A program made the position numbers and the translations under genes. DNA of 64,000 nucleotides from Octopus vulgaris (taxonomy: Eukaryota), in NCBI GenBank assembly GCA_951406725.2, contig OX597817.1:146444001-146508000 (forward strand). Reading direction: 5' to 3'. A model generated the notes under the pieces. The model saw only the letters and a program-made list of their open reading frames with translations, made no database searches and was not told the origin of the DNA. Of the stretch, positions 12,701 to 25,800 are shown one piece after another. How positions within the stretch are numbered: position 1 is the first letter of the stretch; every line of letters begins with the position of its first letter.

Positions 12701-15700
12701 CAAATACAGACACAAAGATACACACACAACAGGCTTCTTTCAGTTTCTGTCTGCCAAATCCACTCACAAGGCTTTGGTTGGCCTGAGGCTATAGTAGATG
12801 ACACTTGTCCAAGGTGCCACACAGTGGGACTGAACCTGGAGCCATATGCTGAATGTTTCTTCAACTTGTGACATTTGCCTGAATTACTGAATAACACTTT
12901 TACACGTTGGATGGAGCAACTGAAGAACCATGAAACAAGAGTGGTACTTATTTTCAATTGACGGAATATGCAGAATAACGTCCCTTGACGTCTAAAATAT
13001 CTCTGACAGGATTTTGTTGCGTTGTTTAACCCTACTTCGGTCATGAATGACCATGGGATTGCACCTAGAAAGTTACCCTCTGAGGCAAAAGTCTGGGCAA
13101 GGTTGTTTATGGAAGACCAGCAGTCACCCATGCATACCAGCCTCCCCTCTCCATGCCACTGATGTTATCCAAGGGAAAAGCAAAGGCTGATATAGCTTGG
13201 CACCAGTTATGTCGCAGCTCATTTATTAACGTGCAAGTGGCTGAACACTCTACAGACACGGGTACCCTTAACATAGTTCGCAGGGAGATTCAGCATGACA
13301 CAGAGTGTGAAAAGGCTGGCCCTTTGAAATTCAAGTACAACAGAAACAGGAAGAAAGAGTGAGAGAAAGTTTTGGTGAAATAGTACAGCAGGGTTCACCG
13401 CCAACCCCTTGCTGGAGCTTCGTGGAGCTTTAGGTGTTTCCGCTCAATAAACACTCACAATGCCTGGTCTGGGAATCAAAACTGCGATCCTACAACCGTG
13501 AGTTTACTGGCCTAACCACTGAGCCATTGCGCCTCCGACAGGATTTTAAAATGATGACATTTCATCAATATGTAGATTAGAAGCTAAAACCTAAAGGAAC
13601 TAATAAAATAAAATACTTCTGCATTGAACAGGTAAGGATACTGAAACCAATGTCGCATGCACGTGCTTTATACTACAATTCACATAAAACTTCATTGTCA
13701 GTGATTGTGGTTTTAGTCTCACCGCAATAAAAAAAAATTTGTGTGATTTAACTCACTAATCATATGCAGATCTGCTCTTACAACTGCTTTCTATTGGCTT
13801 CAAGACAATAAAATATGTGCACTATGAAACATGAAATCTGAAGAATTCCAGAAAGTACAACATTATAAAAAATGAGTGAACTTGGTTCCTTTGCCTCAAG
13901 TGTTCATGCATAGAACTAAGTATACTTGGTTCCTTGCAATAAGGGGTAAAAAAAACCCATTAGGGGTAAGAAGTTGAAGGAGTGGCTGTGTGGTAAGTAG
14001 CTGGCTTACCAACCACATGGTTCCGGGTTCAGTCCCACTGTGTGGAACCTTGGGCAAGTGTCTTCTACTATAGCCTTGGGCCGACCAAAGCCTTGTGAGT
14101 GGATTTGCTAGACGGAAACTGAAAGAAGCCTGTCGTATATATGTAAATGTGTGTGTCTGTGTTTGTCCCCCACAACATCGCTTGACAACTGATGCTGGTG
14201 TGTTTATGTCCCCGTAACTTACCGGTTCGGCAAAAGAGACAGATAGAATAAGTACTAGGCTTACAAAGAATAAGTCCTGGGATTGATTTGCTCGACTAAA
14301 GGTGGTGCTCCAGCATGGTCGCAGTCAAATGACTGAAACAAGTAAAAGAGTAAAAGAGTATTACATAAAGTCTTAAAAAGCATAATTTGATAATTTAGAA
14401 TGTACTTACGTGTGATATTCATTGAATAATTTAAATATTTTCTCATTAATAGGGAAACAGTGCTTTGTCGTGTGACTAATAATGTCTTGTACACATTTGG
14501 ATAACCGTTTTCTAAATAGAGAGAAAGGAAAACAAGGTAGTGACAATTGTATTGTGTTTTATATATAACCAGCAGTATCACCCGGTGTTGCTCGGGTTTT
14601 TTTTCGACCCTTTAGAATTGGAATTTTTAAAAAGTAAAAATTTTGCATTATGTAGCCTGTTATTCTCTTTAAGTGAACATTTTTCTGGTTGAAATACACC
14701 GAAAAATGGCGACACAACAGTAAAAAAATCATAAAAAATAGGGATTTTCATAGAAAAAAAGCATCTTTTTGATGTAAATAATTTTTGGTGTTAACATGGT
14801 CCAATTTGAATTTTTTCTTCTACGGAAGGAAGAGCAAGCCTTCTATTATATTCTCAATTTTGGTCAACTTGCGCTGCAGGGTCTCAGAGGAGACAGTGTT
14901 AGTTGAAGGCTACCAAACCTGCCATACACAGACAACTTCAGCTTTATATAGAGAGAGATTTGCAGGTTATGGTTGATCAGCAGAATAATGTTAATGCATC
15001 TGCTATATTCTGAATGCCTTGTTTCACTGGGCACGGATACATTAGATCTCCGACATCTGGTAAGTGACTTGGTAGAGCCCCACCCACAAAATTATCAACC
15101 ATCTTTCCTACAACAACTTTGGGCATCTTTTTGATTTCCATCTGTCAAACACTCATGACTTCCGGAAATATTGTTTCATACTCAGAATGACTGAAGAATG
15201 GAATAAACTACCCACATCAGTTGTTAGGTGTCAGGATGCTTCATCCTTCAAAACTTCCGTGCTTCCTGAAATTCAACCAACAGTACCCCTGACACCCCCC
15301 CACCACTTTTGTTCCAATGACTCATTCACTGTTCATTTCACGTGCATTATTCTCTGCACTGTTTATGCACTTTTGACTACCTTTTCTGATGAGTTGTAGT
15401 GCATCTGAGTTAATTTATAGAACAAGTAGAAAGAGAAATTTTTTTCAACCTAGTTGCTGGCAAATTTTTCTGCTCTTAAAAGGATTTTTATCCTTTATAT
15501 ATACTGTTCAGTATTTATAGTGCGTGAGAAGACCCAGCAAGCCAAATGAGACCATAACCTCGTGGCCTATGCCAGGAGTGTAACCAGCCCACATATGCAT
15601 ACCTTTTCCTTCTTTGGACACTAAACTCTGGTTGCGAAGACCTGTTGAGACAAGTGAAATCAAAATCAAATTCAATGACTGGCATCCGTACTAGCGGGGT

Positions 15701-18700
15701 GCAAAGAGCACCATACAAGTGTGATCGTTGACAGAGCAGCTAACCGGCTTTCATGCCAGTGGCACATAAAAGCACCATTCGAGTGTGATCATTACCAGCA
15801 TTGTCTTACTGGCACTTGTGCCCGTGCTAGTAGGGTGCCAAGAGCACCATCTGAGCATCATCATTGGCAGAATGGTTAACTGGCTTCTGTGTCGGTGGCA
15901 TGTAAAAGGCACCATTCAAGCGTGATCGTTACCAGTGTCACCTTACTGGCACCTGTGCCGGTGGCATGTGTAAAAATATTTGAGCAAGGTCGTTGCTAGT
16001 ACCACCTGACTGGCCCCGTGCCAGTGGCACGTAAAAGCACCCACTACACTCTCGGAGTGGTGGGTGTTAGGAAGGGCATCCAGCTGTAGAAACTCTGCCA
16101 GATCAAGATTGAAGCCTGGTGCAGCCATCTGGTTCGCCAGCCCTCAGTCAAATCATCCAACCCATGCTAGCATGAAAAGCGGATGTTAAACGATGATGAT
16201 GATGATGTTCATATTATACAGTTCAGTATTTACGTGCTGAAAAAAACTTATCTTTCTACTTGTTCTACATTACATGTCAATGCTTCAAAAACAAACTTGT
16301 TTATTTACATATGATGTAATAAGTTAATTATTTTTTTCTTTCTAGAACACAAATATCTTTCTGCGATAATTATATAAAAGAATATATCAAGCAGAGGGAG
16401 GGAATGAAATGAAAGAAACAAGAATAACATATTCAGAATTATGCACTACAGGAGCTCTCAGAAAGCGCAAACCTCTGCCAAAGCCACACCAACCTCCTCT
16501 GAATGATAAGTTGGAGATGATTTTTAAAAGGGGAATATCTGAAATAAACTTGACTGCTTTCACAAATGAGAATACTAGAAAATGAACCCAACTGCTCTCA
16601 AAAATTAAGTGAAACAAAAATAAAAAAAAGAACCCCCAGAAAAATAATGCAGACTCTGGATCAATCCCAAAATCTAATCAGTTCATGCCAGTTATGAGGA
16701 CAAACATCCCTGAAAGTTTCATCCAAATCTATCCAGTGTTCTTGAGTTATCTTGTCCATGGATAAACAAACAAACAAATGCTACTGAAAACAACACTTCC
16801 ACCTTCGCTAAGGCGGAGGTAATAAACAAGAAGGGCATTGGGCATTAGAAAATCTACTTCAGTGAATTGTTTGATCCATGCCAGCATGGGAAAGTGGATG
16901 TTAAACATGATGACAATAACTATGATGATTGGCAGACTTTATTTCTGAGCATTGCCTTACTGGCACCTGTGCTGGTGGCCTGTGTAAAAGATTCGAGAGA
17001 GGTCGTTGCCAGTACTGCCTGACTAGCCCCGTCATGATGATGATGATGATGATGATGAAAAACAAAGAGCTCAAGTAGGTTAGTGGTTTATCTAAATATC
17101 CTTTGAGTGTCATACAATATCAGTCAAATAGATCCTGTTCAACAACTAGATTCAAAATACTGACATATGCTAGATCAGATTGGAGCCTGGAGCAGCCTCC
17201 TGACTTGCCAGCCCCCAGTCAAACTGTTCAACCTATGCCAGCATGAAAAACGGACGTTAAACGATAATGATGATGATGATGAGCATACATACACACATAT
17301 ACATGAGCTTGCTTTTTATTTACTACCCACAAGGGGTTAAACATAGAGAGGACAAACAAGGACAGACAAATGATTTAGTCAATTATATTGACTCCAGTGT
17401 GTAACTGGTACTTATTTAATCGACCCCGAAAGGATGAAAGGCAAAGTCGACCTCGGCAGAATATGAACTCAGAACGTAACGGCAGACAAAATACTGCTAA
17501 GCATTTTGCCCAGTGTGCTAACAATTCTGCCAGCTTGCCGCCCTAGACAACATACACACGAGCTTGCATACACACAAAAGAATACACTGTTACAAAGGAA
17601 ATCTAACTCACTTCTGTATGTCATTGAATTGTGATTTGGAATACACAGAAGTATAACCACCTCGCTGTTTGGATGAGATTAAAGAAATCATCACTTCTTT
17701 GGCAATATCCATCAAATCTGATAAAATATTACAACTGTAAAAAGAAAATAGGAGAAAATTATTAAATAAAAATAGATAAAAACTTCAGTTTCAGGAAATT
17801 ACAAAATTAGCAGACAATTTTCCAAAATATAATACATATTACAGAATACGGTATATAACTTTAAAAAGTTCACTATTGCAGTGTTAATTATAAGACTAAT
17901 ATTAATGATATGATTTAGGCTTATCATATAACCCAGAAAAGCTACTAATTTTGTTATTTAACGATTTTGCTACAAACTGGATTGAGAGTACTCTTGGTCC
18001 ATTGATACAAACCGTTTTTTTTAAGTAATCTTCCAAAAAAACGTCAGTATATATAACAATTTGAAGGTTTCAGTTTTTCAACAAAGTAACTGAAATTTTA
18101 CATAAGGACACATTTTTAAAGAAGATTTTGAGCTTTATGACTTTTTCTGACACTCAGGCATGGTTGAATACTACTGCTAGTATTAGATAATGTAGTCCTA
18201 TACATTCCTAAAAATATGGGATGGCCATGGCTAGAATGTATTTTGTTCATATTTCTACACAATCAAAGCTGAGCTGGCGATTTAACAACACTGGAAACTA
18301 CGATTATCTTTGTTTATATCATATGCCCCCTATGCTGAGATCCTTATCTCAGTTGTAATATTTAATGCGACACATGTCAAAGCATTGGCTTCTAAAACGT
18401 GGAAGACATGGGACAAAGTGGTGAGAAATGATCTTCAAATGTTGAAATTCACCAGAGGCGATAACAATGGGCTGAGGCTACTAGTGATTTGCTGTTTCAG
18501 AAAATGTGTCAAGCTAAGTAAAACCATGGCCATCCATACATACAGGCATGCCCACCCAACCTCTGTCCTCTGTCAGATCTCCTCACCATTCCACCATCCA
18601 CTGCAGACCCCTCCACACTTCCTAACGTGCCTATCTACACACTCTCCATACCCTCACATGTCTACCATATCTGTCCGTACTCCAAATTCTCTCACTCTCA

Positions 18701-19795
18701 CTCACTACAGTAAACTTTTCCCCATCACTAAACAACTCCCCTCACACTCTTAGGGAACATACCCCTCAATCACCTCAGTACCACTCATACTCCCCTCCAC
18801 AAATCCTGTGAATAGGCCCTGATGCATTTCCAGCATTATCTAATTCTCTCTCTCTAACCTTATCTCTCCTTCCTCTCCTTTCTTTTCCTACTGAGGTAGC
18901 CAAGTATCTCATCTATAGTAAGACACTGGTCTCTATCTCTATATTTTACTTCTCACCTCGCACAAAGCCACTTCCTTCAGTTCCACTACTCCCAGCTGAG
19001 AGGTCTTTGATTCACAAGTTACTGGGTGACCCCCACTGGTGTTGGTGCCACAAAAAAGCATCCAGTACACTTTAAAAAGGTTGGTGTGAGGAAGGGCATC
19101 CAGCCGTAAAAACCATGCCAAAACAGGCAGTTGGAGCCTGGTGTAGCTCTCTGGCTTGCCAGCTCCTATCAAACCAATCAGCCCATGCCAGCATAGAAGA
19201 TGAATGTCCAATGATGATGATGGTAACAATGATGAGGTTAGACTTATAAAGTTTCAGAGATGTAGCTCTCTGGCAAGTAAGTTACTTGATCTGATATCAT
19301 ATAGTGAAACTAAAGCTATTACATAGAATTCTTAAATTCATAAGTTTTCAAGAATTTATTTGCATAAAAAGCTTTCCCAACATCATTTGGAATCCCCTTC
19401 AAAAAAGGGAAAATCCAACTTATGTGAGCAACCTATTCCAGATCTCTACCCATTATATTATTAAAATTCCAGATTATTTTCAAAATTAATTAAAACAACA
19501 ATGCCCAGGTAGTATTTCAATAGAAAGATAGTAATAAAAGGGTTAACAGTGGAAATTGAAACTCAAGTACATTAGATAATATTTTCTACTTAACTACTAT
19601 TCAAGATAATTCTCAAGAAACATACCATCTATTTTCATAAAAACAGTGATCACTAGAGTAGAGAAATTCTTGGAATTCTGTGGGGACAATACACATTTTC
19701 TGGAGATCATTTGCATGGTTATCACAGACTTCAATCTTCTTCTTTATCTGACAATAAACAAATTGAATACGAACCATTATTGTAAATATTCTTAA

Positions 19796-19836
<41 letters not shown>

Positions 19837-22806
19837 CATATATATAGATAAGAAAGTTAATCCAAGCATGAAAACACAACAATGTGAGGATGTGCAACAA
19901 GTACTATGCTATTGGACGCTCAGGAAAGGAAAGAAATGAAAGAGGATTTCACGTTTCGAATGGAGCTCTTCGTCAGAAACATAGGAAAAGGAAAGATCCA
20001 AGGAAGGGAAGACGGAGGGAAAAAAGTTGCCAACGATACATACGCGGTCACTATATATATACATACAGGGTGTCACTCCATAGTAAGTATTTTATGGCAA
20101 AATGTATATTTATAAGATGGTATAAGAATACAAAAGAATATATTAGACTTTAAAAAACTTTATAAGAGATGTTGAAAGTGTCGTCCTTCATTTTCAATAC
20201 ATGAATTGACTCTTTTACACATGTTTCAAAATACATCTTGGAGAGTCTGACGCGGTATGAACCGTATGAAGATTATAATTGTGTCTTTTAGCTTATCGAC
20301 CCTTTAAAATAATCCATTCACTGCATGCGCAGGATGAAAAGAATTCACTGTGGAGAGACTTTCTGAACAGCCTGTATATATATATAGAGAAGGGGGAAGA
20401 GTAGAGTAGGTTTTTTTTTTGCTGTAGAGGAGCTACATGGCTTTTCACATTTAAACAAGAGGGTAAGAGTGATTCAAAGGAGCTGGGAAGAGATAAAATA
20501 GTAGTGATGAGGTATCTGGGTGATCCCTCAAAGTATGAGGTGAGTAGAAATGAGAGGGGGCAGAGGAGTCAAGAATGAAGATGGATGGAGGTTGCAAGAG
20601 TGTACGGCAGAGTAAAAGGTGGGGGGAAATTTCCATTTCTTTGTATAAAATTGCCAGAGTTAAAAATAGTTCTGTCATGTTTTACCTTCCTAGTGAACAT
20701 TATAACATGTAGCTCTGTGGTTTTGAAATTTAGGGCAATATAAAGAAGGAAAAGAAGAAACTTTTATTTGAAAATCAAGAAAGGGTTGGAGACAGAAAGA
20801 TGTTGCCATACAATACTGCCTCAAATAAGTATCCCTCGAACCGATGCTAACATGCAAAAATGGACATAAAACAGACACATGAAGAGACAATTATAAAATA
20901 AACATAAAACCTATATCACAGTATCGGCCAGACCATCAGATGCTGTTATACATCACTGGTCACAATGCGCTTCCAAATGTCCTGATTGCGTCATTCTTTT
21001 CCATCTTGACCCAATTTGTTTAACTAGACTGTCTTCTCATCATCGTGGAAGCCTTCCAAGGGGTCTTTTCCAATCTCTTGGATACCACTCAGTAACTGCA
21101 CAGGTCTGCCTGTTGTCTGTGAACCTTGCAATATGTCTGGCCCAGTGGAACTTGTGCTTTTAGTATTCCTGGCACATAAAAGGGCACCATTCGAGTGTGA
21201 TCATTACCAGCGTTGCCTTACTGGCACTTGTGCCTGTGCTAGTAGGGTGCCAAGAGCACCATCTGAGCATGATCGTTGCCAGAGCAGCCGACTGGCTCTG
21301 TGCTGGTGGCATGTAAAAGGGCACCATTCGAGCATGATCGTTACCAACATCGCCTTACTGGCACCTGTACTGGTGGCATGTGTAAAAAGATTCAAGCGAG
21401 GTCATTGCCAGTATCGCCTGACTGGCCCCGTGCTGGTGACATGCAAAAAGCACACACTACACTCTCGGAGTGGTTGGCGTTAGGAAGGGCATCCAGCTAT
21501 AGAAACTCTGCCAGATCAAGATTGGAGCCTGGTGTGGCCGTCTGGTTTGCCAGCCCTCAGTCAAAATCGTCCAACCGATGCTAGTATGGAAAATGAACGT
21601 TAAACGATGATGATGATGTATCATTCACTCCACTCTGTTCTCAGATTATCTAAAATAACCGTATTGTTTTACAGATAATAAATAAATTCAAAACTCTCAC
21701 CTTATGGACTAATTGAGATGCTTTTTCCATATCTCGGTCTGTTTTAATTTTGATATTGATGAAGGAGTCCAGTTCTTCCTCTTCTATGACACGTCCAGAG
21801 AGTTCATCCAGACCTGTTGCTGTTAAAATACCGAAGAACCATTCTTTCTTACCCGTTAAAAGAGTTGTGCGTTGATCAAGTACTGTGTTTTGATGAAGCC
21901 TGGAAAAACAAGAGTTTTTGTAAAGATGCCAGAGGAACAGAGTAAAAAAAAGTGAGAGAGGAGTTACAAGATAAAAGAAGACAATGACAAATAATATAAA
22001 AATGAAGAGAGGTGTACATGTGGCTGTGCAGTAAAGAAGCTCGTTCTTGTAAGCATATGGTTTTGGGTTCAATTCCACTGCTCAGCACTTTGGCAAGTGC
22101 CTTTTACTGTACACAGCCCCGGGTTGACCGATGTCTTGTGAATAAATCTGGCTGATAGAAACTGTATGGAATCCTGCTGTATGTCATCATAAGCATTTAT
22201 AAGCTGTGTGGCATCTTGGGCAAGAGTCTTCTACTATAGTCTCAGATTGACCAAAGCTCTGCGAGTGGATTTGGTCGATGGAAACTGAAAGAAGCCCATC
22301 ATATAACTCTATATGTATATTATTTATGTGTATGAGTTTGTGTCTGTGCTTGTCCCCTCACCATCACTTAACAACCAATGTTAGTGTGTTTACATTCCTG
22401 TAACTTAGCAGTTCAGCAAAAGAAACTGCTAGAATAAATACTAGGCTTACAAAAAATAAGTCCTGGAGTTGATTTCCTCGACTAAAACCCTTTAGGGTGG
22501 TGCTCCAGCATGGCTGCAGTCAAAATGACTGAAACTAGTGAAAGAATAAAAGAATAAAGGCTTTCAAGAGAGCATGAAAAAATTCTTTTGGGGAAGCAGG
22601 GGATCTTCAAGTAAATAAATAACAGCGTTTAAATAGGTGTAGGAGTGGCTGTGTGGTAAGTAGCTTGCTTACCAACCACATGCTTCCGGGTTCAGTCCCA
22701 CTGTGTGGCACCTTGGGCAAGTGTCTTCTACTATAGCTTCGGGCCGACCAAAGCCTTGTGAGTGGATTTGGTAGACGGAAACTGAAAGAAGCCCGCCGTA
22801 TATATG

Positions 22807-22857
<51 letters not shown>

Positions 22858-25800
22858 TTGTTTGTGTGTCTGCGCTTGTCTCCCCAACATCTCTTGACAA
22901 CCGATGCTTGTGTGTTTACGTCCCTGTAACTTAGTGGTTCGGCAAAAGAGACCGATAGAATAAGTACTAGGTTTACAAAGAATAAGTCCTGGGGTCGATT
23001 TGCTCGACTAAAAAAAAAAAAGGTGGTGCTCCAGCATGGCAGCAGTCAAAACGACTGAAACAAGTAAAATAGTAAATACTAGGTGGAGAAATCCTTTTGA
23101 ATAGAAAAAAACTGAAGGCTGCCCTTGGCTTGTCATGTCTATAGATGATGCAGGTTCATGTCTCACAGGTAGACTTTGACTTTTTTTATCCCAAAGGGAT
23201 TTTATCAACCAGTCATCATCATCATCATAAACATCGTTTAATGTCCGTTTTCCATACTAGCACGGGTTGGACGGTTCGACCGGGGTCTGGGAAGCCAGGA
23301 GGCTGCCCCAGGCTCCAGTCTGATCAGGCAGTGTTTCTACAGGCCCTTCATAATGCCAACCACTCCATGAGTGTAGTGGGTGCTTTTTACGTGCCAGGGG
23401 AAGCTGGCAATGGCCATTTATCAACCTGTATTTACATGCTATTAGTTATAGCTTCATGTGCTTTGAGATCCTGCTCATTTTGCAATCATGTGGTTTTGGG
23501 CTCAGTCCCACTGTGCACCATGTAGGGCAAATGTCTTATATTTTAGCCCCAGGCTGACCTTGTGAGTGAATTTGGTAGATGAAAACTGTGTGGAAGCCCA
23601 TTATATGTATGTATGTCTTTGTGATTATCCTTGACAACTGGTGTTGTCATCACTTGACAACTGGTGTTCATTTATTAAACCCTTCAAGAAGGTCACCTAG
23701 CTTGACCAAGTCCATCATCATCATCATCATCATCGTTTAACGTCCGCTTTCCATGCTAGCATGGGTTGGACGATTTTGACTGAGGGCTGGCGAACCAGAT
23801 GGCTGCACCAGGCTCCAATCTTGATCTGGCAGAGTTTCTACAGCTGGATGATCTTCCTAATGCCAACCACTCCGAGAGTGTAGTGGGTGCTTTTTATGTA
23901 CCACTGGCACGGGGGCCAGTCAGGCGATACTGGCAATGACCTTGTTCGAATTTTTTTACACTTGCCACCGGTACAGGTGCCAGTAAGGCGATGTTGGTAA
24001 CGATCACGCTCGAATGGTGCCCTTTTACGTGCCACGGCACGGGGCCAGTCAGGCAGTACTGGCAATGACCTCGCTTGAATCTTGAAACAAGTACAAGACA
24101 AAAGATAGAAAGAAATGCCCATACCTTAAGTGTTTGGTTGATTTACATATATGCTTCATTATCTGATTCGTTATTTTCGCTTCTCTTATATAATTACAAG
24201 CAAGTTCACATAGTGATGAAGCAATCTTCAAATCATCATTGCTTGAGGGCCCAAACTCTGGAATATCCTCTGAAAGAGAAACAAAAATGGAAAGCAAGTT
24301 ATGTATTTATTTAAAAAAAAAAATTTAATGAAGACAGAAAGGAAGTACCCCTGATCCCTGTGCATGTAGTTGTGATCCCTGTGCTGTAGTTGTGATCCCT
24401 CTACATGTAGTTGTGATCCCTGTGCATGTAGTTATGATCCCTGTGCTATAGTTGTTATCCCTGTGCTGTAGTTGCGATCCCTCTACATGTAGTTGTGATC
24501 CCTGTGCTGTAGCTGCGATCCCTGTGCTGAAGTTGTGATCCCTGTGCATGTAGTTATGATCCCTGTGCATGTAGTTGTGATCCATGTGTTGTAGTTGTGA
24601 TCCCTGTGCCAGTGACACATAAAAAGCACCAACTGATCGTGGCCGTTGCCAGCCTCACCTGGCACGTAAAAAGCACCCACTACACTCACAGAGTGGTTGG
24701 CATTAGGAAATGCATCCAGCTGTAGAAACACTGCCAGATCAGAGTGGAGCCCGGTGCAACCCGGCTTCCCAGACCCTGGTCGAACCGTCCAACCCATGCT
24801 AGCATGGAAAGTGGATGTTAAACGATGATGATGATGATGATCCCCTGTTGTCAATGATGACCAAGGACATCAGATGGGAGAAGACAGGACACAGTGTGTT
24901 TGGCTGTGCCTGATCAGTGAGAGCATGCTTGGAAGGCTCTGCCACAGGTAAGGCACTGGTGTCCTGCTGGGCCTGAAGGCTGCACTAAAGCCTTTTAGCT
25001 TATTTGAAGTTGATGACTGTAAGGTCCTATTTTTCTAGCATTATATTAAGGCATAGCTTATTGAACTCCAGATTTAGTGACTTGTTATTATAAAACTATT
25101 GTACCAATCTATATATAAAGCTGAAGTTGTCTGTGTATGGCAGGTTTGGTAGCACTATCTCCTCCGAGACTCTGTGGTGCAAGTTGACCAAAATTGAGAC
25201 TATGATAGAAGAAGGCTTGCTTTTCCTTCCGTAGAAAAAAAAAATTCAAATTGGACCATGTTAACACCAAAAATTATTTACATCAAAACGGTGCTTTTTT
25301 TTCTATGAAAACCCTATTTTTTATGATTTTTTTTACTGCTGTGTCGCCATTATTTGGTGTATTTCAACCCAGGAAAATGTTCACCTAAAGAGAATAACAA
25401 GCTACATAATGCAAAATTTTTACTTTTCAAAAATTCCAGTTCTAAAGGGGTCAAAAAGAAAACAAGCCCGAGCAACGCTGGGCTATTACTGCTAGTACAT
25501 ATCTAAAATTAATTCCATATTGTCTGAAAATGCATTGAAAAATCAAAATTTAGACTTTGATAAGCTGAATGTCAGCAAAAACTGGTTGGTAAAATGTGAT
25601 TTTTCTTCTACTGCAAAAGCTCTTTTGGCTACAACATACACTAAAATTTATCCAAAGTTGTTCTTTAAAAAAAAACTTTCTTTTTATGCACAAACATTTC
25701 AGTAATGCGAAATTCTTTCTCTTTTTTGTTGTGTATGTAAAACCCACCTTGTAAAAACCTACACTAACAGACAGTTTTATAGTGAAATTCCATATGAAAT

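Noticed and set aside
19748-19795. Longer exon 12 from the acceptor at 19795
   Set aside because: That AG follows a (TA)n tract without a pyrimidine run. The 19747 acceptor is better and gives the 122-nt size; the longer form is kept only as a possible minor variant.
20400-20810. Possible Penelope RT remnant (PFLD-like motif on the minus strand)
   Set aside because: Too degenerate to support by eye; needs a profile search.
24352-24609. CRISPR-like array
   Set aside because: Units are contiguous with no unique spacers, there are no cas genes, and the context is eukaryotic. The same applies to 38808-39045 and 53909-54240.
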